DNA of 63,978 nt, filler included, from Octopus bimaculoides (taxonomy: Eukaryota): assembly GCF_001194135.2 (NCBI RefSeq). It is 7 parts of 7 records of this genome, joined end to end, with 100 filler letters (N's around TTAATTAATTAA, not from the genome) between each part and the next. Parts side by side here need not be neighbours in the genome. Positions count along the whole stretch, not along the records: positions 1 to 19,176 come from NC_068983.1; 6 more parts are not named here. One strand, given 5' to 3'. Below, one piece after another: positions 1 through 10,989 of the stretch (positions are counted from its first letter, which is position 1; every line of letters starts with the position of its first letter). The translations under genes were made by a program, and so were the position numbers. Under the pieces are notes generated by a model, which saw only the letters and a program-made list of their open reading frames with translations, had not been told where the DNA came from and did no database searches.

Positions 1-110
1 TTCTTCTTCTTCTTCTTCTTCTTCTTCTTCTTCTTCTTCTTCTTCTTCTTCTTCTTCTTCTTCTTCTTCTTCTTCTTCTTCTTCTTCTTCTTCTTCTTCT
101 TCTTCTTCTT
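1..110. repeat. (TTC)n microsatellite
   Basis: Pure TTC repeat from the window start. Confidence 0.98.
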
Positions 111-930
111 TGTGTTTCAAACCACAAGAAGGAAGTTATGCAGAGGTTGAGTTTTTTCACGGTGGGGCTCCAGCTTGACCGCAGTATTTAATTGATACTT
201 ATTAGAGTGACAGGCGCCCTCAGCTTCAGCAGTATTTGAAATCTTTACCTAAAGAAACGTAACTCAGTGTCACAAAGCATTTTGTCCAATGATCAACTGC
301 CACGTAGGAAATCAGGTGAGTATTATAAGTGGCTCTCGACCGGGGTCCTTATGGCCCTTGAAGGTCCATATAAGGTTTAGTTATCAAAATTTATGTACAG
401 TAAAATTGGTTATATTTCAACAATACACAAAAATATTTCAAAATTTTTTTTTATACAATTCCTAATGATATTCAACTGGCAGGAGCAGTGGAAATTCCAG
501 GGTGTAAAATCAATATATTTGAAAACATTAATATATTAAACACAAGTAAGGATTCTTAAAAAAAATCCTTTTGAAATCCTGCCATTTAATCAAAACTGTA
601 CTTTTAAATATAATTGAAATGAACTTGGAAGGTATTGCTTATTTAACTTCTTTTAATATCTTTGACAGATATGGTATACTTTATAGTTTACTGAAATAAA
701 ACAAGATAATACTTATTAATATACATTAAAAAAACTATACTTTTCGCGGTCGAGTTACCACTAAGGATCAGTTCAAGTTTTTACCAATTGAGATTACTTC
801 TTTTCATTTCAGTTCAACTACATCTATTTGAACATCTATCATTATATCTTTGCATATCTGTTGACATATCTGTAGACTCCCCAACGTATATTTGTAAATA
901 AATTGGGTATAGTGATCAAAGTATGCAGTA

Positions 931-1091
931 TTATAGATCCATTACAGCCGATCTTACCAATCGGTTTCGCTCCGGACATTAAGTAACTGACAGTTATTCA
1001 ATACATGTGCTTTTCAGAAATGACAGGTAGGGAAAAATTGGACAATGTCCGTAAGAATAATGACAAGAGAGAGAGAGAATGAGAGAGAGAG

Positions 1092-1157
<66 letters not shown>

Positions 1158-1292
1158 GAAGAAGAAAAGAGAGAAGGGTATAATTTTTTCCATACCTGCT
1201 ATCTCTGAAGAGCATATACCTTAGATAACCGTTCAGTTATCTTATGTCCGAAGTGAAACCGATTTGTAAGATCGGGTGTAATGGATCTATAA
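931..1292. repeat. Diverged ~110-bp inverted repeat (arms ~931-1040 and ~1182-1292) enclosing a (GA)n tract; MITE/foldback-like
   Basis: Reverse complement of ttatagatccattacagccgatcttaccaatcggtttcgctccggacatt matches tatgtccgaagtgaaaccgatttgtaagatcgggtgtaatggatctataa; similarity continues inward (cttttcagaaatgacaggtagggaaaaatt vs aattttttccatacctgctatctctgaagag). Confidence 0.85.
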
Positions 1293-1450
1293 TGGTTTCC
1301 CATTTTAGTACAAGGTCTGCAATTTCGGGGGAAGGTAAGACAATTACATCGACCCACTTTGATTTACACACACACACACACTCACGCGCGCGCCATGCAC
1401 ACAATCTCACATATAAGCTGTTCTGTCAATCAAATTTTATTTAAGAAGTC

Positions 1451-1837
1451 TTGATCAAACCGACGACTAAACTAAACTATATAACTCGAATGTGGAATCT
1501 AAAAACAGAAACAATTCCTATCATAGTAGGTGCCTTAGGTATAATAAAAAAATATTCAGACAAATACATAACAAAAACACCAGGACTTACAAATATATAT
1601 AACATACAGAAAATTGCACTACTGGGCACTGCACACATCCTACGNNNNNNNNNNAATATATATAACATACAGAAAATTGCACTACTGGGCACTGCACACA
1701 TCCTACGCAAAACACTTTCAATGCAGTAACCATAAGAGCATCACAGTAAACCACAGCACATACCCAAGGCACACAGAGCTGCGCTCGGTAGTGAAGTGAA
1801 AGCACGTTATAAAAATATAATAATAATAATAATAATA
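1451..1837 (+). mobile_element. 3' end of R4/Dong-like RLE non-LTR retrotransposon with (AAT)n tail
   Basis: ORF 1451-1729 has the RLE C-terminus MWNLKTETIPIIVGALG...IQKIALLGTAHILR, then a 3' UTR and (AAT)n at ~1819-1837. Closely similar to the copy at 46733-46912. Confidence 0.85.
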
Positions 1838-3049
1838 AACGTACTGCAGGATTGAACTCGGAACCACATCACCAAGGACTCTTCCTAACGACGCAGTTTT
1901 GCCTATACCTGATATCGTGAATGTAATGTATCTGAATCTAAGTTAGAACTATAGTTAAAATGAAATATTTTGTTATAAAATGGAACGAACTGAATGGAAA
2001 AATTTTCAGACTTTGAGCTCATTCAAAATATTGTCAAGTGAATAACCCCTGGTTTGAAATTGCGTATTTGATGATTCTTTGCTTGTTTGTTTGTTCGTTT
2101 GTTTATTTATTTATTTTCCTTACTGCAATTGTACGTTTTATGAAAGAAAAACATTGATGAATTAGGATATGAATAGGGAAAGTGGTATATTTTTTGGTAA
2201 CGTTTGGGAGGTCCTTATCTTGCCATAAATGTACATCTTTGTAGATGTTTGTAAACTTATTTATTTATGTCAATGAACTGGTGGTAAGTAAAAGGTGTGA
2301 GAGAGAGAGAGAGAGAAAGAAAGTGTGTGGGAGAAAGAGAGAGAAAGAGAGAGAGAGAGTGTGTGTGTGGGGGACAGAAAGAGAGCGAGAGAAAGAGAGA
2401 AAGAGAGTTAGAAAGAGAGCGAGAGAAAGAGAGAGAGAGAGAGTGTGTGTGGGAGAGAGGAGAGAGAGCGAGAGAGTTTCAGAGGGATACCTATGTGTGT
2501 GTGTGTATGTGTGCGTGTGTGTGTGTGAGCATGTATACGCACATATTGAGAGAAGGAGAGAAACAGAGTAACAGGGAGATATAGTGGGCGTATGTTTGTT
2601 TGTTCTGCAACTGTGTGTATGTATATTTGTCGTCGTTGTCGTTGTTATTGTGCGCATGCATATTTATGTTTGCTAAATACAAGACTCATTGAGTCTAATT
2701 CAGCAGCCAATAGATTTCTATTTCATGTTGTTTCAAACGTTTGTGTGTCGGTATTTTGTAGAAAACGAACGTCAAAATTATCTTTAACTTTTTAATACCG
2801 TTTAAACCAACTCTTAACAAACGTGCGAAGAAAATCTATATTTTTGAATAAAGAGTTTGTTTTATTTTATTATTTCGGGATTGAAAATGCCCGCCAACAT
2901 GCTCAATACGTAAACAACATATTTTTTTTTTCACTACTAAAATTGAGATGAATCTTCTGACGGGCGAAACTTTTCCTTTCTTTAAGATGTGAAAGTGCAT
3001 GATTTCCAATTTGGTTTCCTAAGACAAGACAATCATCAAGAAGTAGTCC

Positions 3050-3790
3050 TTGCTGACGTGATGAATTCGTTAGCTACTCTCATCCGACCTTTCGGGAACG
3101 GTTTCCTCTCCGCCCATTCCTAAGCGAGGCTTCTAACCTGCTCGCGATCACTTCCAGCTTTTATCCATCGAATATTCTGACCGAATATTCAATTCGGTCA
3201 GAATTTGGTTCCAAGCACCTTAACTGTACATTCGGTCCATTAAAAGAAATTCTTATCTGCACGGCCTTTCTTCTTTAATAACCGACGCAATATGTTTTGA
3301 AGCCCACCGATTTGTACTGATTAATGTTTGATCGCGTAACCGCCTAAATTCCTTTGGTATGGTGCCAATCACCTCGATTTCCAATGTGTTCAACACCATG
3401 AAAGAGATAACGTCTGTGAGTACAGAAAGAGTTCTATATCCGAGAGCGGTGTGAAACATTTCGGAAAGGTCTCTGATTTGACCACCAAATAGATGTTGCT
3501 GTACATTGTAATAATCCGGTTTCAGAGGACGGGTCGAAACAGTTTGCACTTGGAACAATTCACAAATAGTCGACCTTGAAGAAACGTTAGATTAGTCCAA
3601 ATTGATAAGCACTCCTTCGACCTATTCTCAATCAGCTTTATAATGCATCAAGTTGTCGCCGATAGACCAATGAAGCCATACAAGTTTGCGCGTCCTCACT
3701 ACCAGCAAGAGCCAACCTTCTAGCGAGAATCTTTGTGATATATACTTGAAGATGTACACCACGTCCCCTTTGTTCATATTCATTTTAAGT
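3050..3790 (-). mobile_element. Heavily decayed L1/Tx1-clade reverse transcriptase remnant
   Basis: Frameshifted minus-strand motifs in RT order: ITKILARRLA..EDAQTC, SIGDNL, VLINLD*S, AVTRSNINQYKSVG, WTECTVKVLGTKF, RKPFPKGRMRVANEFI. Family assignment is from recalled motif similarity. Confidence 0.65.
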
Positions 3791-4235
3791 GATGTCAACA
3801 TTCCTCAATTCACACACATAAAGGAATTCTCAGTCTACTACACTGAATACCATATCTGTTTTCTGCATTTTATTAATACTATGACACTCTAAGTATAGAC
3901 CTGTGAGTCTGAGAAAGGGAATTGGAGAGGGCACTTGCCCTTGGTGTTCAGGGAAATATTGGACTGTGAGGTTCCTCAATTATCCCTAGAGGTCATCCTC
4001 TATCAGGAGGACTACATCTCTATCCCCCATCATTTTTTAAACTTTTATATACTGTGCATATTTTCCCTTCCTTTCCATTGTATACCGTATATACTTACTC
4101 TTTATTTTTTGGTTATTTATTTTATCATGTCATTATATATAAACCCCCACACATTGTGTCTGCTTTTGTATTGTTCCCCTCATCCTTCGCCCTGGTGGCA
4201 AATAAATGAAATTACTATTGTTATTATTATTATTG

Positions 4236-6518
4236 TTTTACTTCTCAGAACGTTCCGTCTTTGTTCTGGTAGAGCGGACAGCAGCCTACTGTCAGGGGTT
4301 TCACAGGGTCTCTTTCCGCATATTATAAGCTTTGATACTTGGTTGTTGATTATCATGAGAGACATTCAACAACCAAGTACCAATCTCAAAATCCTAGCTG
4401 TCTCCAGCAGAGCAGTTTTTGGGTTTGCTCTGCTCTCATGTCAATTCCTATTTCTTTAACATATTTCTCAAACTTGGTTGTTAGTGCTCCGAGTGCCCCT
4501 ACAACTACTGGAATGACAGACACTCTCCTCATAATCCACATTCTTGCAATTTTGTCTTTTAGAAGTCTATACTTTTCAATCTTTTCTAGTTCTTTGTCAC
4601 TTATGCGTGCATCTCTCGGGATTGCAATATCTATGATCTTGGTTTCCTTTTTGCCTTTATCTACCACAACAATATCTGGTCTCCAAGCATCGATTAGGGA
4701 GTTATATTAGATAGTAAAATCCCATAGTATTTTATGTTACTTGTTCTTGGCAACTCCTTCTGGTTCATGTTCGTACCATTTTCGTGCTCTGTTCAGGCCG
4801 TACTTTTCACATAGCTTCCAGTGGATGAACGATATCATGCTTCCTTTTGTAGTGCTTTTGGACCACCGTTTCGTTTCTGCTGCCACGCATCTTACAAAGG
4901 GGCGAATCGCTACTCTTATCTATTTGGAACTTGGTGTAATTAGTTCTCAGAGCTTGTTCCTGGGTGCTGCATTTCAATGCCGCAGTGCATGCTTTCGGAT
5001 CACTTTTTCTTAGCCATCTCCAAGTGTTGATCTTGTCTTTTCCTTCGATTTCTCTGAGGTATTGCCCATGCAGTGGTTTCATTTTTCAGTTGTTTACTCT
5101 TTCTTCTTCATCTTGTTTCTTAAATGTTTGTGGGTGCATCACATTTTCTGTAGGAATTATATTGTTAATTCTAACAGCGGTAAGCAAGGATTCACTCTGC
5201 TGTTTGATGTACCATCTCAGATCTTGCATCCTATGAGACCTCTTCCACCCCTATTTCTAGGCATATACAGTCTGTCAGTATCACTTTTAGGGTGTAGTTC
5301 CTTATTGATTGTCATCACTTTTCTAGTTTCCCTGTTCATTTCCTCAAGCTCATTCTTTGTCCACCTAACATGACCTGTACTATATCGCATTAAGGAAACA
5401 GCCCATGTATTCATTGCTCTGATTTTGTTTTTTCCATTGAGTTTGTTTCCCATAATTAACTTGGTTCTTCTGAGATATTCTCACCTAAAGCTTTCCTTCA
5501 TTTCACTTACCTTGATTTTGTCGTATTCTAAAATCCCCAGATATTTATATCCATTAGTCTCAATATCCTTGATTTTATCGCCGTTGGGTAGCTCTACACC
5601 ATCAGACGACACTAATTTGCCTCTTTGCATTATAAGCTTAACACACTTTTTAGTCCTAAATTTCATTCCGATATCTTTACTGAATATCTGCACTGTTGAA
5701 ACTATGTCTTTCCAAAATTCTTTAAATGATCCATATATAATAGACATATAATTTTCTTCCACTTTTCAAAGTGTACTCCGATGTCACTTTCCATAGTATC
5801 TGCGTGTGGGGTATCATACACATCACAAACAGCAATGGTGATAGTCTATCTCCTTGAAATATGCCTTTCTTGATTTTAACTGTCACCAAAAATTTTTCAC
5901 ATGAAGTTAACTATGTATTCAAGTTTTTCAATGATCTAATAAAATTTGATATGTTATCAGATACTTGTACCAGCTCAAGACTTTCTAAAATCCAGGAAGG
6001 GGTGGGGAACATATCATATATTTTCTTATAATCGATCCACGCCGTGCTCAGATTAGTAAGTCTTTTCTCGCAGTAACATTCTGTTTATCAAAAGTTGGGA
6101 TTTTGCCCCTCGGCTTTTCCTTCTGTATCCTTTCTGTTCCACTGGCAGTTAGTCATTCATTTCCAGGAGATTATACACATAATTAGACATTATTCCTGTC
6201 ATCAACTTCTACATCAGGGGCAGACAGGTGATAGGCCGGTAATTATCCACTGCATTACCTTTGTTGGGATCCTTTTGGCAAAGAATTGTTTTACCTGTGG
6301 TCAACCACTTTGAGATTTGTACACCGTTGTTGATCATTTTATCCATTTGCGTGGCTACTCTCCTGTGTAGTGCTGGGAAATTTTTCAGTCAATATTCTTG
6401 TACCCCATCCGGTCCTGGGCATTTTCAGTTTGAGATCTTTGTTGTCTGTTCGGTTACCATTTCAGTCGTTATTCTAATATTGCTCTGTTTCACTTCATAT
6501 TTCTCCGATCTTAATTCC
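4236..6518 (-). mobile_element. 5'-truncated R4/Dong-like retrotransposon (RT + RLE), decayed
   Basis: KCPGPDGVQ, NYRPITCLPL, AWIDYKK, GIFQGDRLSPLLF, YMD(H)LK, YKYLGILE, LNGKNKIRAMNTWAV, KPLHGQY, IIDIAIPRD..KIEKY, IPVVVGALG. Flanked by (ATT)n-like sequence at ~4212-4235 and 6519-6589. Confidence 0.92.

Positions 6519-6589
<71 letters not shown>
6519..6589. repeat. (ATT)n tract joining two R4/Dong-like elements
   Basis: Pure repeat; 3' tail of the 6590-7672 element and 5' flank of the 4236-6518 element. Confidence 0.95.
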
Positions 6590-7672
6590 GTTGTTTTTTC
6601 TTCTTTCTTCAAATTTTCTTCCATTTCTCGCAAAGTGTTTTCCGTACACCTAGAGCAGAGAAACTCGTTGGATGCATTCCCAGTTTACACACACGAATTC
6701 ACAGGTAAAATATGTATGTAAAAAAAATTAATAAATAAATTCATGAATGGATGTTGTTTTCACAGCGATAATGCTCTTCTCAGTACATGAGTCGTTCCAG
6801 TTAACACGATTTTTTGCACTTCCTGTAGGGATGGTAAGCCTGGTATCATTTTCAAATAGGTTTCAGTACCCTTTTTTTAAATAATTCCTAGAGATCCTAC
6901 AATCACTGGTACGGTAGTCGCCCTGAGATGCCACATTTTTTCAATTTCTATTAGCAAGTCTTTATATTTACTGATCTGGTCAAATTCTTTCGCCGCTATA
7001 TCGTGATCGCAAAGAATACTCATGTCAATTAATAAACATCTTTTTTGTCTGATCTTTTATAATAATATCCGGTTTATTAGCTTTTATAGTTTTGCTAAGA
7101 CTCTACCCCCTGAGATTAGGTGGTCTATAGTTTCAATCTCATCGTTACAGAATCGGCATTTTGAGTCAGCTCCATTTTTTATCACATTAGTAGTTCCGGG
7201 TTAATAAGTTTTGGTCTTGAGCAGCTAATAAGAAACCTTCACTCTCTGCTTTTAGCCCTGAACTTCGTAACCATTGATGCGTGTATTTCTGTTCGACATA
7301 AGCTTGTTTGCTTGTTTACGGGCCACATACTTGTCATGCAAAGGTTTCTGTTCCCATCTGCTAGCTAATTTTTCATGTGCTTTTGTCTTTGCAATTAATT
7401 TTATTTTCTTTGCAGCAGCAGTTGGCACATTTCCTTCAACCTGATCAATCTGGTAGGTATCTAAGAGATCAGTAGCGAATTTTTTGCTCTCTTTCAGAAT
7501 AGAGTGAAGTTTTTTCGGTCTTTCATGTTTTTCAACAAGTTTTAACATCCAATCGTTGGTTATTTCAAGGTATTTGGCCATTCCGATTGGGGTGGTTTTG
7601 TACATAAGTTCAAGCTAGATCAAGCCTCGACCTCTCTGAGCTCTGGGAAGGTAAAGGCGATCCACGTCTGCC
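6590..7672 (-). mobile_element. 3' fragment of a second R4/Dong-like subfamily
   Basis: DVDRLYLPRAQRGRGLI, RWEQKPLHDKY, NKPDIIIKD..CLLIDMSI, KYKDLLIEIEKMWHL..VPVIVGSLG, LQEVQKIVLTGTTHVLRRALSL*, then a 3' UTR running into (TAA)n. Confidence 0.88.
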
Positions 7673-7712
7673 TTTGGATGGTGCATCTTATTACAAGTCA
7701 GTAGCTTGCGGA

Positions 7713-7714
<2 letters not shown>

Positions 7715-7794
<80 letters not shown>
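7715..7794. repeat. (ATT)n tract at the 3' end of the third R4/Dong-like element
   Basis: Pure repeat. Confidence 0.95.
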
Positions 7795-8462
7795 TTCAGG
7801 AGTGTTATGTAAGGTTCAGTTGCATTGATAAATGCGCTTTCGTGTTCCCGAAGTACGTGCAACATTATCTGTTAGGGTTATATAATCCGGTTTGTTTGCT
7901 GCATCACATTTGCTTAGTTGTAGGATTTATTTTGTTCCTCCTTGGGCCTTTTAGAGTTTTGTTAGTCTGTTGTGTATGTCTGTGCAATGTGATTTGTGCG
8001 AGTTGTTTGTGATACAGTGTCAAATATCAATCATGCGTTTGTTATGTTTTATTTCTATTGAAGGTAATTGTGTAGAAGATGTGCTGTATAAGCTGCGTCG
8101 TTTTATCCAGTGATGATTGGATAGGGTATGTCTCAAGTGCAGGGAATAAACTCTGAGTTGTCTCGCATAGAATCTAGAAGGGCTATATTTTGGGCAGTGT
8201 GTAAACGTGGAAGCCGTCGTATAATTTCCACGTTCTTTGTTACTTTTTATTCTGCATATCGCTTCTTTTTTGAAGTAATATGTATAAAATATTTTTTACG
8301 TTTTATCATATCTAAAGTTCTAATTATTATTGGATACTCTCATTTTTTTAAAAAATTTTCAAGATCCTTGTGTTTTGCAAATTTCTTTAACTTTTGCTTG
8401 GTGATCTTTTGGTCAGAAAGGATCGAAACGTCATTCAAAGTGTAGCCATTTCTGTTCAAGCC

Positions 8463-9109
8463 CCGTGGTTCTCAACCACTTTTACCTGTTGACTCTGATT
8501 CCTATTTTGCTCGGATGTACTCTCCTAGCCATTCAATGTTTAAGAAAAATCTTATTGTGGTTTTATAATTAAATATTATTAGGAATTGGGAGTGGCTGTG
8601 TGGTAAGTAGCTTGCCTACCAACCACATGGTCCCGGGTTCAGTCCCACTGCGTGGCATCTTGGGCAAGTGTCTTCTACTATAGCCTCGGGCCGACCAAAG
8701 CCTTGTGAGTGGATTTGGTAGACGGAAACTGAAAGAAGCCTGTCGTATATATGTATATATATATATGTATGTGTGTACATGTTTGTATGTCTGTGTTTGT
8801 CCTCCCAACATCATTTGACAACCGATGCTGGTGTGTTTATGTCCCCGTAACTTAGCGGTTCGGCAAAAGAGACCAATAAAATAAGTACTAGGCTTCTAAA
8901 GAATAAGTTCTGGGGTCGATTTGCTCGACTAAAGGCGGTGCTCCAGCATGGCCACAGTCAAAAGACTGAAACAAGTAAAAGAGTAAAAGAGTAAAAAAAG
9001 AGTATTTTGTGAATTGCAGAAGTATAATCAATTTATTGCACATAATTTTTAACGCCAAAATCTTATATGGACCCCGAAGGGTCATATGAATCCCCGTTGA
9101 GATCCACTG
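8463..9109. mobile_element. hAT-type MITE containing a nested SINE
   Basis: TIRs ccgtggttctcaac / gttgagatccactg; 8-bp flanks ttcaagcc (8455-8462) and ttctagcc (9110-9117) match 7/8. A related end lies at ~326-375. Confidence 0.8.
8583..8995 (+). mobile_element. Full-length tRNA-derived SINE (family A, CORE-like centre)
   Basis: A-box tggctgtgtgg, B-box ggttcagtccc, CORE-like gcatcttgggcaagtgtc, tail gactgaaacaagtaaaagag; many copies in the window. Confidence 0.9.
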
Positions 9110-10433
9110 TTCTAGCCTTTGGCTACTATATCTTCACAGGTTGTCTTGATCTCTTCATCAGTTTTGAAAGTCATGTCCCAGAGGATTGCCGCCAATCGGT
9201 GTCATATATCCTGTTTATAGTACTTATTAAGATCAAGATGGGAAGGATGACTTCCCTTTGCAAATACAGACAGGACACATGTGTGTCAATAGCCAGCTGG
9301 AGGAGATGTTCTCCTGGGGCTAAAAGCAACAGTAACATTCACCCTTAGGGTTTAGCCGCATTTAAGTGGTAAATATACTTCACGCTGTCGTGCAGTTACT
9401 GTTCAAACCTCGTTCAGAGATTTAACAGTACTTATTAGTTTTCCGTTAAAGTGGATATAGCTGTCGATAAGATTGTCTTCGTGAATAATTTCGGACTAAG
9501 CAATGCCTAGAAAGCCGGAAATGATGTAATAAACTGTTTCATTGCACCAAGTGCATTGTTATTGTGTTAGCTATTTTTAATAGTTCTATTTTTATAGTTA
9601 TTTTTGGTTAGTTCCTCCTGTTCTTGCTACAGCTTTTGTGCTAGAGTTGGCTTTTATCCTCTGTATCGAGCATTGCGGAGTATTGAACAGAAAATGGATT
9701 CTCTTTCCATTATTTCTTTAGAATACTTTGGAACTCTGCTTAGATTTTGTGCTGTGTTTTTCAAACATTTCTATTGCTTTGTCTTTATCTAAGTATTTTT
9801 TTCGGTGCACTAAACGTCTAGTTTGCCTTCTATTGCTTCCTTTTATATAGAGAAACAGTTTTATTTTTTTTCATTGTTCCCTTATTGCATTAACCAGTTT
9901 CTCTTGGTTTGCTTCTAAGTATGTCGTCATCTTATTGTTGTTACTGTTTAGTAATGTTTTTTTGTTTTTTTTCGTTTGCACCAGTCCCCGAATGCAGACA
10001 ATGTATTTTCTATTTAAATCAAATTTGGGGTAATGGTGGTGGCGGCGACTTCGAAACACTATTAGTAGTTTTCCGTTTTCTCTCCAAGTTCTTCAGTCTA
10101 ACTTCCATTTTACTGTGTTGAAACTGTAGTTTATAACTGAGATAGCTAATTTATTTATATCTATTATCATATTTTGCTTCTGTAGTGTCCACTTGTTTGT
10201 TCTTCATTTCAATATGTTGTAGCTTATCAGTTTAACATAATCTGAACTATTTGTTCAGCTGTTTCTGGCCTGTTTCTCCAATTTCTATGTCTGCATCTCA
10301 TTTAATGTCGTCGATTTAAGTTAATTTGCTTCATCTCGCTAATATTCTATACCATGTCTTTCTTAGATTTTAACGTTAACCATATACAGAAGATGGTTTA
10401 TAATTTGTCTGTAGCATTTATAGCCGCCAGGTT

Positions 10434-10740
10434 TCTTGTTCTTCTTCTTGTTCTTGTTCTTATTCTTCTTCTTGTTTTTCTTCTTGTTCTTCTTTTTGTT
10501 CTTCTTCTTGTTCTTCTTGTTCTTGTTCTTGTTCTTGTCCTTGTTCTTGTTCTTGTTCCTGTTCTTCTTCTTCTTCTTCTTCTTCTTCTTCTTCTTCTTC
10601 TTCTTCACCGCCGCCGCCGCTACCGCCGCTACCGCCGCTACCGCCGCTACCGCCGCTGCCGCCGCTGCCGCTACCACCGCTACCGCCGCCGCCGCTACCG
10701 CCGCTACCGCCGCCACCGCCGCTACCGCCGCCGCCGCTAT
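10434..10740. repeat. Compound microsatellite (CTTGTT)n/(CTT)n/(CCG,CTA)n
   Basis: Directly visible; source of the poly-A/K/R/L ORFs. Confidence 0.95.
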
Positions 10741-10989
10741 ATTACTGATATATTACGGTTACATAGATTTTTACATAGTTTCTAAATAGTATCGGTACAG
10801 GCAAATGATTCGACCCAATACACAACTAATATTTATGTTATCAACTATATAGCAATGAATATCAGAATCAATCCCGATGGTATTTGGAAACAAAGCAGGG
10901 ATACAGATTTAATATCAGAGTCAACCCCGATGGGGTTTGAATACAAAGTAGGGATACGGGATTAATTTCCAAAAGGTATATGGTCAGTT

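Larger units (their letters stand above)
7795..9700 (-). mobile_element. Older, highly decayed R4/Dong-like element interrupted by a hAT MITE; 5' boundary approximate
   Basis: AILWDMTFKTDEEIKTTCEDIVAK (~9120-9190) continues across the MITE into NGYTLNDVSILSD, KFAKHKDLE, YPIIIRTL, QNIALLDSMR. FEQ*LHD lies upstream. Confidence 0.65.

Noticed and set aside
1592-1707. ~53-bp exact duplication across a 10-N gap; similarly ~49239-49298 vs ~49480-49539
   Set aside because: Identical sequence on both sides of a gap is most simply overlapping contig ends.
3174-3204. Perfect 13-bp stem-loop
   Set aside because: It lies within a decayed Tx1-like RT; a likely local template-switch event with no sign of function.
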